Assembly: GCA_964016885.1 (NCBI GenBank)
Contig: OZ024744.1
Span: 114,948,001-115,012,000, forward strand
Reading direction: 5' to 3'
Origin: Eledone cirrhosa
Lineage: Eukaryota
DNA length: 64,000 nt
This document shows, in pieces, positions 40,548 through 50,600 of this stretch; the first letter of the stretch is position 1; each line of letters starts with the position of its first letter. A program made the translations under genes and the position numbers. A model generated the notes under the pieces. It worked only from the letters and a program-made list of their open reading frames with translations. It searched no databases and was not told where the DNA came from.

Positions 40548-43500
40548 TTCTGTTGTCTGACCTGTCGCTGTTGCTGCTGTGGTTGGTGTTGCATCATTTC
40601 TGTTGTCTGACTTGTCGCTGTTGCTGCTGCAGTTGGTGTTGTCATTGTTTCTGTTGTCTGTCTTGTCGCTGTTGCTGCTGCGGTTGGTGTTGTCATCATT
40701 TCTGTTGTCTGTCTTGTCGCTGTTGCTGCTGCGGTTGGTGTTGTCATAATTTCTGTTGTCTGTCTTGTCGCTGTTGCTGCTGCGGTTGGTGTTGTCATCA
40801 TTTCTGTTGTCTGACTTGTCGCTGTTGCTGCTGCGGTTGGTGTTGTCATTGTTTCTGTTGTCTGTCTTGTCGCTGTTGCTGCTGCGGTTGGTGTTGTCAT
40901 CATTTCTGTTGTCTGACTTGTCGCTGTTGCTGCTGCGGTTGGTGTTGTCATAATTTCTGTTGTCTGTCTTGTCGCTGTTGCTGCTGCGGTTGGTGTTGTC
41001 ATCATTTCTGTTGTCTGACTTGTCGCTGTTGCTGCTGCGGTTGGTGTTGTCATAATTTCTGTTGTCTGTCTTGTCGCTGTTGCTGCTGCGGTTGGTGTTG
41101 TCATCATTTCTGTTGTCTGACTTGTCGCTGTTGCTGCTGCGGTTGGTGTTGTCATTGTTTCTGTTGTCTGACTTGTCGCTGTTGCTGCTGCGGTTGGTGT
41201 TGTCATCATTTCTGTTGTCTGACTTGTCGCTGTTGCTGCTGTGGTTGGTGTTGTCGTCATTTCTGTTGTCTGACTTGTCGCTGTTGCTGCTGTGGTTGGT
41301 GTTGTCATCATTTCTGTTGTCTGACTTGTCGCTGTTGCTGTTGCGGTTGGTGTTGTCATCATTTCTGTTGTCTGTCTTGTCGCTGTTGCTGCTGCGGTTG
41401 GTGTTGTCATTGTTTCTGTTGTCTGACTTGTCGCTGTTGCTGCTGCGGTTGGTGTTGTCATTGTTTCTGTTGTCTGACTTGTCGCTGTTGCTGCTGCGGT
41501 TGGTGTTGTCATTGTTTCTGTTGTCTGACCTGTCGCTGTTGCTGCTGCGGTTGGTGTTGTCATCATTTCTGTTGTCTGACTTGTCGCTGTTGCTGCTGCG
41601 GTTGGTGTTGTCATTGTTTCTGTTGTCTGACTTGTCGCTGTTGCTGCTGCGGTTGGTGTTGTTATCATTTCTGTTGTCTGACTTGTCGCTGTTGCTGCTG
41701 CGGTTGGTGTTGTCATCATTTCTGTTGTCTGTCTTGTCGCTGTTGCTGCTGTGGTTGGTGTTGTCATTGTTTCTGTTGTCTGACTTGTCGCTGTTGCTGC
41801 TGCGGTTGGTGTTGTCATTGTTTCTGTTGTCTGACTTGTCGCTGTTGCTGCTGCGGTTGGTGTTGTCATCATTTCTGTTGTCTGACTTGTCGCTGTTGCT
41901 GCTGCGGTTGGTGTTGTCATTGTTTCTGTTGTCTGACTTGTCGCTGTTGCTGCTGCAGTTGGTATTGTCATCATTTCTGTTGTCTGAGTTGTCGCTGTTG
42001 CTGCTGCGGTTGGTGTTGTCATTGTTTCTGTTGTCTGACTTGTCGCTGTTGCTGCTGCGGTTGGTGTTGTCATCATTTCTGTTGTCTGAGTTGTCGCTGT
42101 TGCTGCTGCGGTTGGTGTTGTCATTGTTTCTGTTGTCTGACTTGTCGCTGTTGCTGCTGCGGTTGGTGTTGTCATCATTTCTGTTGTCTGACTTGTCGCT
42201 GTTGCTGCTGCGGTTGGTGTTGTCATTGTTTCTGTTGTCTGACTTGTCGCTGTCGCTGCTGCGGTTGGTGTTGTCATTGTTTCTGTTGTCTGACTTGTCG
42301 CTGTTGCTGCTGTGGTTGGTGTTGTCATCATTTCTGTTGTCTGACTTGTCGCTGTTGCTGCTGCGGTTGGTGTTGTCATCATTTCTGTTGTCTGACTTGT
42401 CGCTGTTGCTGCTGCGGTTGGTGTTGTCATTGTTTCTGTTGTCTGACCTGTCGCTGTTGCTGCTGCGGTTGGTGTTGTCATCATTTCTGTTGTCTGACCT
42501 GTCGCTGTTGCTGCTGCGGTTGGTGTTGTCATCATTTCTGTTGTCTGACTTGTCGCTGTTGCTGCTGCGGTTGGTGTTGTCATCATTTCTGTTGTCTGAG
42601 TTGTCGCTGTTGCTGCTGCGGTTGGTGTTGTCATCATTTCTGTTGTCTGTCTTGTCGCTGTTGCTACTGCGGTTGGTGTTGTCATCATTTCTGTTGTCTG
42701 ACTTGTCGCTCTTGCTGCTGCGGTTGGTGTTGTCATCATTTCTTTTGTCTGACTTGTCGCTGTTGCTGCTGCGGTTGGTGTTGTCATCATTTCTGTTGTC
42801 TGACTTGTCGCTGTTGCTGCTGCGGTTGGTGTTGTCATTGTTTCTGTTGTCTGACTTGTCGCTGTTGCTGCTGCGGTTGGTGTTGTCATCATTTCTGTTG
42901 TCTGACTTGTCGCTGTTGCTGCTGCGGTTGGTGTTGTCATTGTTTCTGTTGTCTGACCTGTCGCTGTTGCTGCTGCGGTTGGTGTTGTCATCATTTCTGT
43001 TGTCTGACTTGTCGCTGTTGCTGCTGCAGTTGGTGTTGTCATCATTTCTGTTGTCTGTCTTGTCGCTGTTGCTGATGCGGTTGGTGTTGTCATCATTTCT
43101 GTTGTCTGTCTTGTCGCTGTTGCTACTGCGGTTGGTGTTGTCATCATTTCTGTTGTCTGACCTGTCGCTGTTGCTGCTGCGGTTGGTGTTGTCATCATTT
43201 CTGTTGTCTGACTTGTCGCTGTTGCTGCTGCAGTTGGTGTTGTCATCATTTCTGTTGTCTGTCTTGTCGCTGTTGCTGATGCGGTTGGTGTTGTCATCAT
43301 TTCTGTTGTCTGTCTTGTCGCTGTTGCTACTGCGGTTGGTGTTGTCATCATTTCTGTTGTCTGACTTGTCGCTGTTGCTGCTGCGGTTGGTGTTGTCATC
43401 ATTTCTGTTGTCTGACTTGTCGCTGTTGCTGCTGCGGTTGGTGTTGTCATCATTTCTGTTGTCTGACTTGTCGCTCTTGCTGCTGCGGTTGGTGTTGTCA

Positions 43501-46500
43501 TCATTTCTTTTGTCTGACTTGTCGCTGTTGCTGCTGCGGTTGGTGTTGTCATCATTTCTGTTGTCTGACTTGTCGCTGTTGCTGCTGCGGTTGGTGTTGT
43601 CATTGTTTCTGTTGTCTGACTTGTCGCTGTTGCTGCTGCGGTTGGTGTTGTCATCATTTCTGTTGTCTGACTTGTCGCTGTTGCTGCTGCGGTTGGTGTT
43701 GTCATTGTTTCTGTTGTCTGACTTGTCGCTGTTGCTGCTGTGGTTGGTGTTGTCATCATTTCTGTTGTCTGACTTGTCGCTGTTGCTGCTGTGGTTGGTG
43801 TTGTCATCATTTCTGTTGTCTGACTTGTCGCTGTTGCTGCTGTGGTTGGTGTTGTCGTCATTTCTGTTGTCTGACTTGTCGCTGTTGCTGCTGCGGTTGG
43901 TGTTGTCATCATTTCTGTTGTCTGACTTGTCGCTGTTGCTGCTGCGGTTGGTGTTGTCATTGTTTCTGTTGTCTGACTTGTCGCTGTTGCTGCTGCGGTT
44001 GGTGTTGTCATCATTTCTGTTGTCTGACTTGTCGCTGTTGCTGCTGCGGTTGGTGTTGTCATTGTTTCTGTTGTCTGACTTGTCGCTGTTGCTGCTGCGG
44101 TTGGTGTTGTCATTGTTTCTGTTGTCTGACTTGTCGCTGTTGCTGCTGCGGTTGGTGTTGTCATTGTTTCTGTTGTCTGAGTTGTCGCTGTTGCTGCTGC
44201 GGTTGGTGTTGTCATCATTTCTGTTGTCTGACTTGTCGCTGTTGCTGCTGTGGTTGGTGTTGTCATCATTTCTGTTGTCTGACTTGTCGCTGTTGCTGCT
44301 GTGGTTGGTGTTGTCGTCATTTCTGTTGTCTGACTTGTCGCTGTTGCTGCTGCGGTTGGTGTTGTCATCATTTCTGTTGTCTGACTTGTCGCTGTTGCTG
44401 CTGCGGTTGGTGTTGTCATTGTTTCTGTTGTCTGACTTGTCGCTGTTGCTGCTGCGGTTGGTGTTGTCATCATTTCTGTTGTCTGACTTGTCGCTGTTGC
44501 TGCTGCGGTTGGTGTTGTCATTGTTTCTGTTGTCTGACTTGTCGCTGTTGCTGCTGCGGTTGGTGTTGTCATTGTTTCTGTTGTCTGACTTGTCGCTGTT
44601 GCTGCTGCGGTTGGTGTTGTCATTGTTTCTGTTGTCTGAGTTGTCGCTGTTGCTGCTGCGGTTGGTGTTGTCATCATTTCTGTTGTCTGACCTGTCGCTG
44701 TTGCTGCTGCGGTTGGTGTTGTCATCGTTTCTGTTGTCTGACTTGTCGCTGTTGCTGCTGCGGTTGGTGTTGTCATTGTTTCTGTTGTCTGACTTGTCGC
44801 TGTTGCTGCTGCGGTTGGTGTTGTCATTGTTTCTGTTGTCTGACTTGTCGCTGTTGCTGCTGCGGTTGGTGTTGTCATTGTTTCTGTTGTCTGTCTTGTC
44901 GCTGTTGCTGCTGCGGTTGGTGTTGTCATCATTTCTGTTGTCTGACTTGTCGCTGTTGCTGCTGCGGTTGGTGTTGTCATTGTTTCTGTTGTCTGACCTG
45001 TCGCTGTTGCTGCTGCGGTTGGTGTTGTCGTCATTTCTGTTGTCTGACTTGTCGCTGTTGCTGCTGCGGTTGGTGTTGTCATTGTTTCTGTTGTCTGTCT
45101 TGTCGCTGTTGCTGCTGCGGTTGGTGTTGTCATTGTTTCTGTTGTCTGTCTTGTCGCTGTTGCTGCTGCGGTTGGTGTTGTCATCATTTCTGTTGTCTGA
45201 CTTGTCGCTGTTGCTGCTGCGGTTGGTGTTGTCATTGTTTCTGTTGTCTGACCTGTCGCTGTTGCTGCTGCGGTTGGTGTTGTCGTCATTTCTGTTGTCT
45301 GACTTGTCGCTGTTGCTGCTGCGGTTGGTGTTGTCATTGTTTCTGTTGTCTGTCTTGTCGCTGTTGCTGCTGCGGTTGGTGTTGTCATCATTTCTGTTGT
45401 CTGTCTTGTCGCTGTTGCTGCTGCGGTTGGTGTTGTCATCATTTCTGTTGTCTGACTTGTCGCTGTTGTTGCTGCGGTTGGTGTTGTCATCATTTCTGTT
45501 GTCTGACTTGTCGCTGTTGCTGCTGCGGTTGGTGTTGTCATCGTTTCTGTTGTCTGACTTGTCGCTGTTGCTGCTGCGGTTGGTGTTGTCATTGTTTCTG
45601 TTGTCTGTCTTGTCGCTGTTGCTGCTGCAGTTGGTGTTGTCATCATTTCTGTTGTCTGACTTGTTGCTGTTGCTGCTGCAGTTGGTGTTGTCATCATTTC
45701 TGTTGTCTGACTTGTCGCTGTTGCTGCTGCGGTTGGTGTTGTCATTGTTTCTGTTGTCTGTCTTGTCGCTGTTGCTGCTGCAGTTGGTGTTGTCATCATT
45801 TCTGTTGTCTGACTTGTCGCTGTTGCTGCTGCAGTTGGTGTTGTCATCATTTCTGTTGTCTGACTTGTCGCTGTTGCTGCTGCGGTTGGTGTTGTCATCA
45901 TTTCTGTTGTCTGACTTGTCGCTGTTGCTGCTGCGGTTGGTGTTGTCATCATTTCTGTTGTCTGACTTGTCGCTGTTGCTGCTGCGGTTGGTGTTGTCAT
46001 CGTTTCTGTTGTCTGACTTGTCGCTGTTGCTGCTGCGGTTGGTGTTGTCATTGTTTCTGTTGTCTGACTTGTCGCTGTTGCTGCTGCGGTTGGTGTTGTC
46101 ATTGTTTCTGTTGTCTGACCTGTCGCTGTTGCTGCTGCGGTTGGTGTTGTCATCATTTCTGTTGTCTGTCTTGTCGCTGTTGCTGCTGCGGTTGGTGTTG
46201 TCATCATTTCTGTTGTCTGTCTTGTCGCTGTTGCTGCTGCGGTTGGTGTTGTCATCGTTTCTGTTGTCTGACTTGTCGCTGTTGCTGCTGCGGTTGGTGT
46301 TGTCATCATTTCTGTTGTCTGACTTGTCGCTGTTGCAGCTGCGGTTGGTGTTGTCATCATTTCTGTTGTCTGACTTGTCGCTGTTGCTGCTGCGGTTGGT
46401 GTTGTCTTCATTTCTGTTGTCTGACTTGTCGCTGTTGCTGCTGCGGTTGGTGTTGTCATTGTTTCTGTTGTCTGACTTGTCGCTGTTGCTGCTGCGGTTG

Positions 46501-47686
46501 GTGTTGTCATCATTTCTGTTGTCTGACTTGTCGCTGTTGCTGCTGCGGTTGGTGTTGTCATCATTTCTGTTGTCTGTCTTGTCGCTGTTGCTGCTGCGGT
46601 TGGTGTTGTCATCATTTCTGTTGTCTGACTTGTCGCTGTTGCTGCTGCGGTTGGTGTTGTCATCATTTCTGTTGTCTGTCTTGTCGCTGCTGCTGCTGCA
46701 GTTGGTGTTGTCATCATTTCTGTTGTCTGACTTGTCGCTGTTGCTGCTGCGGTTGGTGTTGTCATCATTTCTGTTGTCTGACTTGTCGCTGTTGCTGCTG
46801 CGGTTGGTATTGTCATCATTTCTGTTGTCTGACTTGTCGCTGTTGCTGCTGCGGTTGGTGTTGTCATCATTTCTGTTGTCTGACTTGTCGCTGTTGCTGC
46901 TGCTGTTGGTGTTGTCATCATTTCTGTTGTCTGACTTGTCGCTGTTGCTGCTGCGGTTGGTGTTGTCATCATTTCTGTTGTCTGTCTTGTCGCTGCTGCT
47001 GCTGCAGTTGGTGTTGTCATCATTTCTGTTGTCTGACTTGTCGCTGTTGCTGCTGCGGTTGGTGTTGTCATCATTTCTGTTGTCTGACTTGTCGCTGTTG
47101 CTGCTGCGGTTGGTATTGTCATCATTTCTGTTGTCTGACTTGTCGCTGTTGCTGCTGCGGTTGGTGTTGTCATCATTTCTGTTGTCTGACCTGTCGCTGT
47201 TGCTGCTGCGGTTGGTGTTGTCATTGTTTCTGTTGTCTGTCTTGTCGCTGTTGCTGCTGCGGTTGGTGTTGTCATCATTTCTGTTGTCTGACTTGTCGCT
47301 GTTGCTGCTGCGGTTGGTGTTGTCATTGTTTCTGTTGTCTGACTTGTCGCTGTTGCTGCTGCGGTTGGTGTTGTCATCATTTCTGTTGTCTGACTTGTCG
47401 CTGTTGCTGCTGCGGTTGGTGATGTCATCATTTCTGTTGTCTGACCTGTCGCTGTTGCTGCTGTGGTTGGTGTTGTCATTGTTTCTGTTGTCTGTCTTGT
47501 CGCTGTTGCTGCTGCGGTTGGTGTTGTCATCATTTCTGTTGTCTGACTTGTCGTTGTTGCTGCTGCGGTTGGTGTTGTCATTGTTTCTGTTGTCTGACTT
47601 GTCGCTGTTGCTGCTGCGGTTGGTGTTGTCATCATTTCTGTTGTCTGACTTGTCGCTGTTGCTGCTGCGGTTGGTGATGTCATCAT
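40544..47686 (-). CDS. Putative mucin-like PTS repeat domain, segment 2 (ends after the 1-bp deletion at 40591/40592)
   Basis: ORF track, 2380 aa of the same 17-aa repeat. The C-terminal tail QHQPQQQQRQVRQQK shows the shift into the stop-containing frame. Confidence 0.45.
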   Translation of the reverse strand: MMTSPTAAATATSQTTEMMTTPTAAATATSQTTETMTTPTAAATTTSQTTEMMTTPTAAATATRQTTETMTTPTTAATATGQTTEMMTSPTAAATATSQTTEMMTTPTAAATATSQTTETMTTPTAAATATSQTTEMMTTPTAAATATRQTTETMTTPTAAATATGQTTEMMTTPTAAATATSQTTEMMTIPTAAATATSQTTEMMTTPTAAATATSQTTEMMTTPTAAAAATRQTTEMMTTPTAAATATSQTTEMMTTPTAAATATSQTTEMMTTPTAAATATSQTTEMMTIPTAAATATSQTTEMMTTPTAAATATSQTTEMMTTPTAAAAATRQTTEMMTTPTAAATATSQTTEMMTTPTAAATATRQTTEMMTTPTAAATATSQTTEMMTTPTAAATATSQTTETMTTPTAAATATSQTTEMKTTPTAAATATSQTTEMMTTPTAAATATSQTTEMMTTPTAAATATSQTTETMTTPTAAATATRQTTEMMTTPTAAATATRQTTEMMTTPTAAATATGQTTETMTTPTAAATATSQTTETMTTPTAAATATSQTTETMTTPTAAATATSQTTEMMTTPTAAATATSQTTEMMTTPTAAATATSQTTEMMTTPTAAATATSQTTEMMTTPTAAATATRQTTETMTTPTAAATATSQTTEMMTTPTAAATATSQTTEMMTTPTAAATATRQTTETMTTPTAAATATSQTTETMTTPTAAATATSQTTEMMTTPTAATTATSQTTEMMTTPTAAATATRQTTEMMTTPTAAATATRQTTETMTTPTAAATATSQTTEMTTTPTAAATATGQTTETMTTPTAAATATSQTTEMMTTPTAAATATRQTTETMTTPTAAATATRQTTETMTTPTAAATATSQTTEMTTTPTAAATATGQTTETMTTPTAAATATSQTTEMMTTPTAAATATRQTTETMTTPTAAATATSQTTETMTTPTAAATATSQTTETMTTPTAAATATSQTTETMTTPTAAATATGQTTEMMTTPTAAATATTQTTETMTTPTAAATATSQTTETMTTPTAAATATSQTTETMTTPTAAATATSQTTEMMTTPTAAATATSQTTETMTTPTAAATATSQTTEMMTTPTAAATATSQTTEMTTTPTTAATATSQTTEMMTTPTTAATATSQTTEMMTTPTAAATATTQTTETMTTPTAAATATSQTTETMTTPTAAATATSQTTETMTTPTAAATATSQTTEMMTTPTAAATATSQTTETMTTPTAAATATSQTTEMMTTPTAAATATSQTTEMTTTPTTAATATSQTTEMMTTPTTAATATSQTTEMMTTPTTAATATSQTTETMTTPTAAATATSQTTEMMTTPTAAATATSQTTETMTTPTAAATATSQTTEMMTTPTAAATATSQTKEMMTTPTAAARATSQTTEMMTTPTAAATATSQTTEMMTTPTAAATATSQTTEMMTTPTAVATATRQTTEMMTTPTASATATRQTTEMMTTPTAAATATSQTTEMMTTPTAAATATGQTTEMMTTPTAVATATRQTTEMMTTPTASATATRQTTEMMTTPTAAATATSQTTEMMTTPTAAATATGQTTETMTTPTAAATATSQTTEMMTTPTAAATATSQTTETMTTPTAAATATSQTTEMMTTPTAAATATSQTKEMMTTPTAAARATSQTTEMMTTPTAVATATRQTTEMMTTPTAAATATTQTTEMMTTPTAAATATSQTTEMMTTPTAAATATGQTTEMMTTPTAAATATGQTTETMTTPTAAATATSQTTEMMTTPTAAATATSQTTEMMTTPTTAATATSQTTETMTTPTAAATATSQTTETMTTPTAAATATSQTTEMMTTPTAAATATSQTTETMTTPTAAATATTQTTEMMTTPTAAATATSQTTETMTTPTAAATATTQTTEMMTIPTAAATATSQTTETMTTPTAAATATSQTTEMMTTPTAAATATSQTTETMTTPTAAATATSQTTETMTTPTTAATATRQTTEMMTTPTAAATATSQTTEMITTPTAAATATSQTTETMTTPTAAATATSQTTEMMTTPTAAATATGQTTETMTTPTAAATATSQTTETMTTPTAAATATSQTTETMTTPTAAATATRQTTEMMTTPTATATATSQTTEMMTTPTTAATATSQTTEMTTTPTTAATATSQTTEMMTTPTAAATATSQTTETMTTPTAAATATSQTTEMMTTPTAAATATRQTTEIMTTPTAAATATSQTTEMMTTPTAAATATRQTTEIMTTPTAAATATSQTTEMMTTPTAAATATRQTTETMTTPTAAATATSQTTEMMTTPTAAATATRQTTEIMTTPTAAATATRQTTEMMTTPTAAATATRQTTETMTTPTAAATATSQTTEMMQHQPQQQQRQVRQQK
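40589..40594. other. 1-bp deletion (T); frameshift or sequencing error
   Basis: gtgttgcatca instead of gtgttgtcatca. Confidence 0.95.
43750..44670. repeat. Higher-order tandem duplication, 9 units (459 bp); boundaries approximate
   Basis: tcgtca at 43855/44314 and gagttg at 44179/44638. Confidence 0.8.
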
Positions 47687-47695
47687 TTCTGTTGT

Positions 47696-50600
47696 CTAAC
47701 CTGTCGCTGTTGCTGCTGTGGTTGGTGTTGTCATTGTTTCTGTTGTCTGACTTGTCGCTGTTGCTGCTGCGGTTGGTGTTGTCATCATTTCTGTTGTCTG
47801 ACTTGTCGCTGTTGCTGCTGCGGTTGGTGTTGTCATTGTTTCTGTTGTCTGACTTGTCGCTGTTGCTGCTGCGGTTGGTGTTGTCATTGTTTCTGTTGTC
47901 TGACTTGTCGCTGTTGCTGCTGCGGTTGGTGTTGTCATCATTTCTGTTGTCTGTCTTGTCGCTGTTGCTGCTGCGGTTGGTGTTGTCATCATTTCTGTTG
48001 TCTGACTTGTCGCTGTTGCTGCTGCGGTTGGTGTTGTCATTGTTTCTGTTGTCTGACTTGTCGCTGTTGCTGCTGCGGTTGGTGTTGTCATCATTTCTGT
48101 TGTCTGACTTGTCGCTGTTGCTGCTGCGGTTGGTGTTGTCATCATTTCTGTTGTCTGACTTGTCGCTGTTGCTGCTGCGGTTGGTGTTGTCATCATTTCT
48201 GTTGTCTGACTTGTCGCTGTTGCTGCTGCGGTTGGTGTTGTCATCATTTCTGTTGTCTGACTTGTCGCTGTTACTGCTGCGGTTGGTGTTGTCATCATTT
48301 CTGTTGTCTGACTTGTCGCTGTTACTGCTGCGGTTGGTGTTGTCATCATTTCTGTTGTCTGTCTTGTCGCTGTTGCTGCTGCGGTTGGTGTTGTCATCAT
48401 TTCTGTTGTCTGACTTGTCGCTGTTACTGCTGCGGTTGGTGTTGTCATCATTTCTGTTGTCTGACTTGTCGCTGTTGCTGCTGCGGTTGGTGTTGTCATC
48501 ATTTCTGTTGTCTGACTTGTCACTGTTGCTGCTGCGGTTGGTGTTGTCATCATTTCTGTTGTCTGACTTGTCGCTGTTACTGCTGCGGTTGGTGTTGTCA
48601 TCATTTCTGTTGTCTGTCTTGTCGCTGTTGCTGCTGCGGTTGGTGTTGTCATCATTTCTGTTGTCTGACTTGTCGCTGTTACTGCTGCGGTTGGTGTTGT
48701 CATCATTTCTGTTGTCTGACTTGTCGCTGTTGCTGCTGCGGTTGGTGTTGTCATTGTTTCTGTTGTCTGACTTGTCGCTGTTGCTGCTGCGGTTGGTGTT
48801 GTCATCATTTCTGTTGTCTGACTTGTCGCTGTTGCTGCTGCGGTTGGTGTTGTCATCATTTCTGTTGTCTGACTTGTCGCTGTTGCTGCTGCGGTTGGTG
48901 TTGTCATCATTTCTGTTGTCTGACTTGTCGCTGTTGCTGCTGCGGTTGGTGTTGTCATTGTTTCTGTTGTCTGACTTGTCGCTGTTGCTGCTGCGGTTGG
49001 TGTTGTCATTGTTTCTGTTGTCTGACTTGTCGCTGTTGCTGCTGCGGTTGGTGTTGTCATCATTTCTGTTGTCTGACTTGTCGCTGTTGCTGCTGCGGTT
49101 AGTGTTGTCATCATTTCTGTTGTCTGTCTTGTCGCTGTTGCTGCTGCGGTTGGTGTTGTCATTGTTTCTGTTGTCTGTCTTGTCGCTGTTGCTGCTGCAG
49201 TTGGTGTTGTCATCATTTCTGTTGTCTGTCTTGTCGCTGTTGCTGCTGCGGTTGGTGTTGTCATTGTTTCTGTTGTCTGACTTGTCGCTGTTGCTGCTGC
49301 GGTTGGTGTTGTCGTCATTTCTGTTGTCTGACTTGTCGCTGTTGCTGCTGCGGTTGGTGTTGTCATTGTTTCTGTTGTCTGTCTTGTCGCTGTTGCTGCT
49401 GCGGTTGGTGTTGTCGTCATTTCTGTTGTCTGACTTGTCGCTGTTGCTGCTGCGGTTGGTGTTGTCATCATTTCTGTTGTCTGACTTGTCGCTGTTGCTG
49501 CTGCGGTTGGTGTTGTCATCATTTCTGTTGTCTGACTTGTCGCTGTTGCTGCTGCGGTTGGTGTTGTCATCATTTCTGTTGTGTGACTTGTCGCTGTTGC
49601 TGCTGCGGTTGGTGTTGTCATCATTTCTGTTGTCTGACTTGTCGCTGTTACTGCTGCGGTTGGTGTTGTCATCATTTCTGTTGTCTGTCTTGTCGCTGTT
49701 GCTGCTGCGGTTGGTGTTGTCATCATTTCTGTTGTCTGACTTGTCGCTGTTGCTGCTGCGGTTGGTGTTGTCATCATTTCTGTTGTCTGACTTGTCGCTG
49801 TTGCTGCTGCGGTTGGTGTTGTCATCATTTCTGTTGTCTGACTTGTCGCTGTTGCTGCTGCGGTTGGTGTTGTCATCATTTCTGTTGTCTGACTTGTCGC
49901 TGTTGCTGCTGCGGTTGGTGTTGTCATCATTTCTGTTGTCTGACTTGTCGCTGTTGCTGCTGCGGTTGGTGTTGTCATCATTTCTGTTGTGTGACTTGTC
50001 GCTGTTGCTGCTGCGGTTGGTGTTGTCATCATTTCTGTTGTCTGACTTGTCGCTGTTACTGCTGCGGTTGGTGTTGTCATCATTTCTGTTGTCTGTCTTG
50101 TCGCTGTTGCTGCTGCGGTTGGTGTTGTCATCATTTCTGTTGTCTGACTTGTCGCTGTTGCTGCTGCGGTTGGTGTTGTCATTGTTTCTGTTGTCTGACT
50201 TGTCGCTGTTGCAGCTGCGGTTGGTGTTGTCATTGTTTCTGTTGTCTGAGTTGTCGCTGTTGCTGCTGCGGTTGGTGTTGTCATCATTTCTGTTGTCTGA
50301 CTTGTCGCTGTTGCTGCTGTGGTTGGTGTTGTCATCATTTCTGTTGTCTGACTTGTCGCTGTTGCTGCTGCGGTTGGTGTTGTCATTGTTTCTGTTGTCT
50401 GACTTGTCGCTGTTGCTGCTGCGGTTGGTGTTGTCATCATTTCTGTTGTCTGACTTGTCGCTGTTGCTGCTGTGGTTGGTGTTGTCGTCATTTCTGTTGT
50501 CTGACTTGTCGCTGTTGCTGCTGTGGTTGGTGTTGTCATCATTTCTGTTGTCTGACTTGTCGCTGTTGCTGCTGCGGTTGGTGTTGTCATTGTTTCTGTT

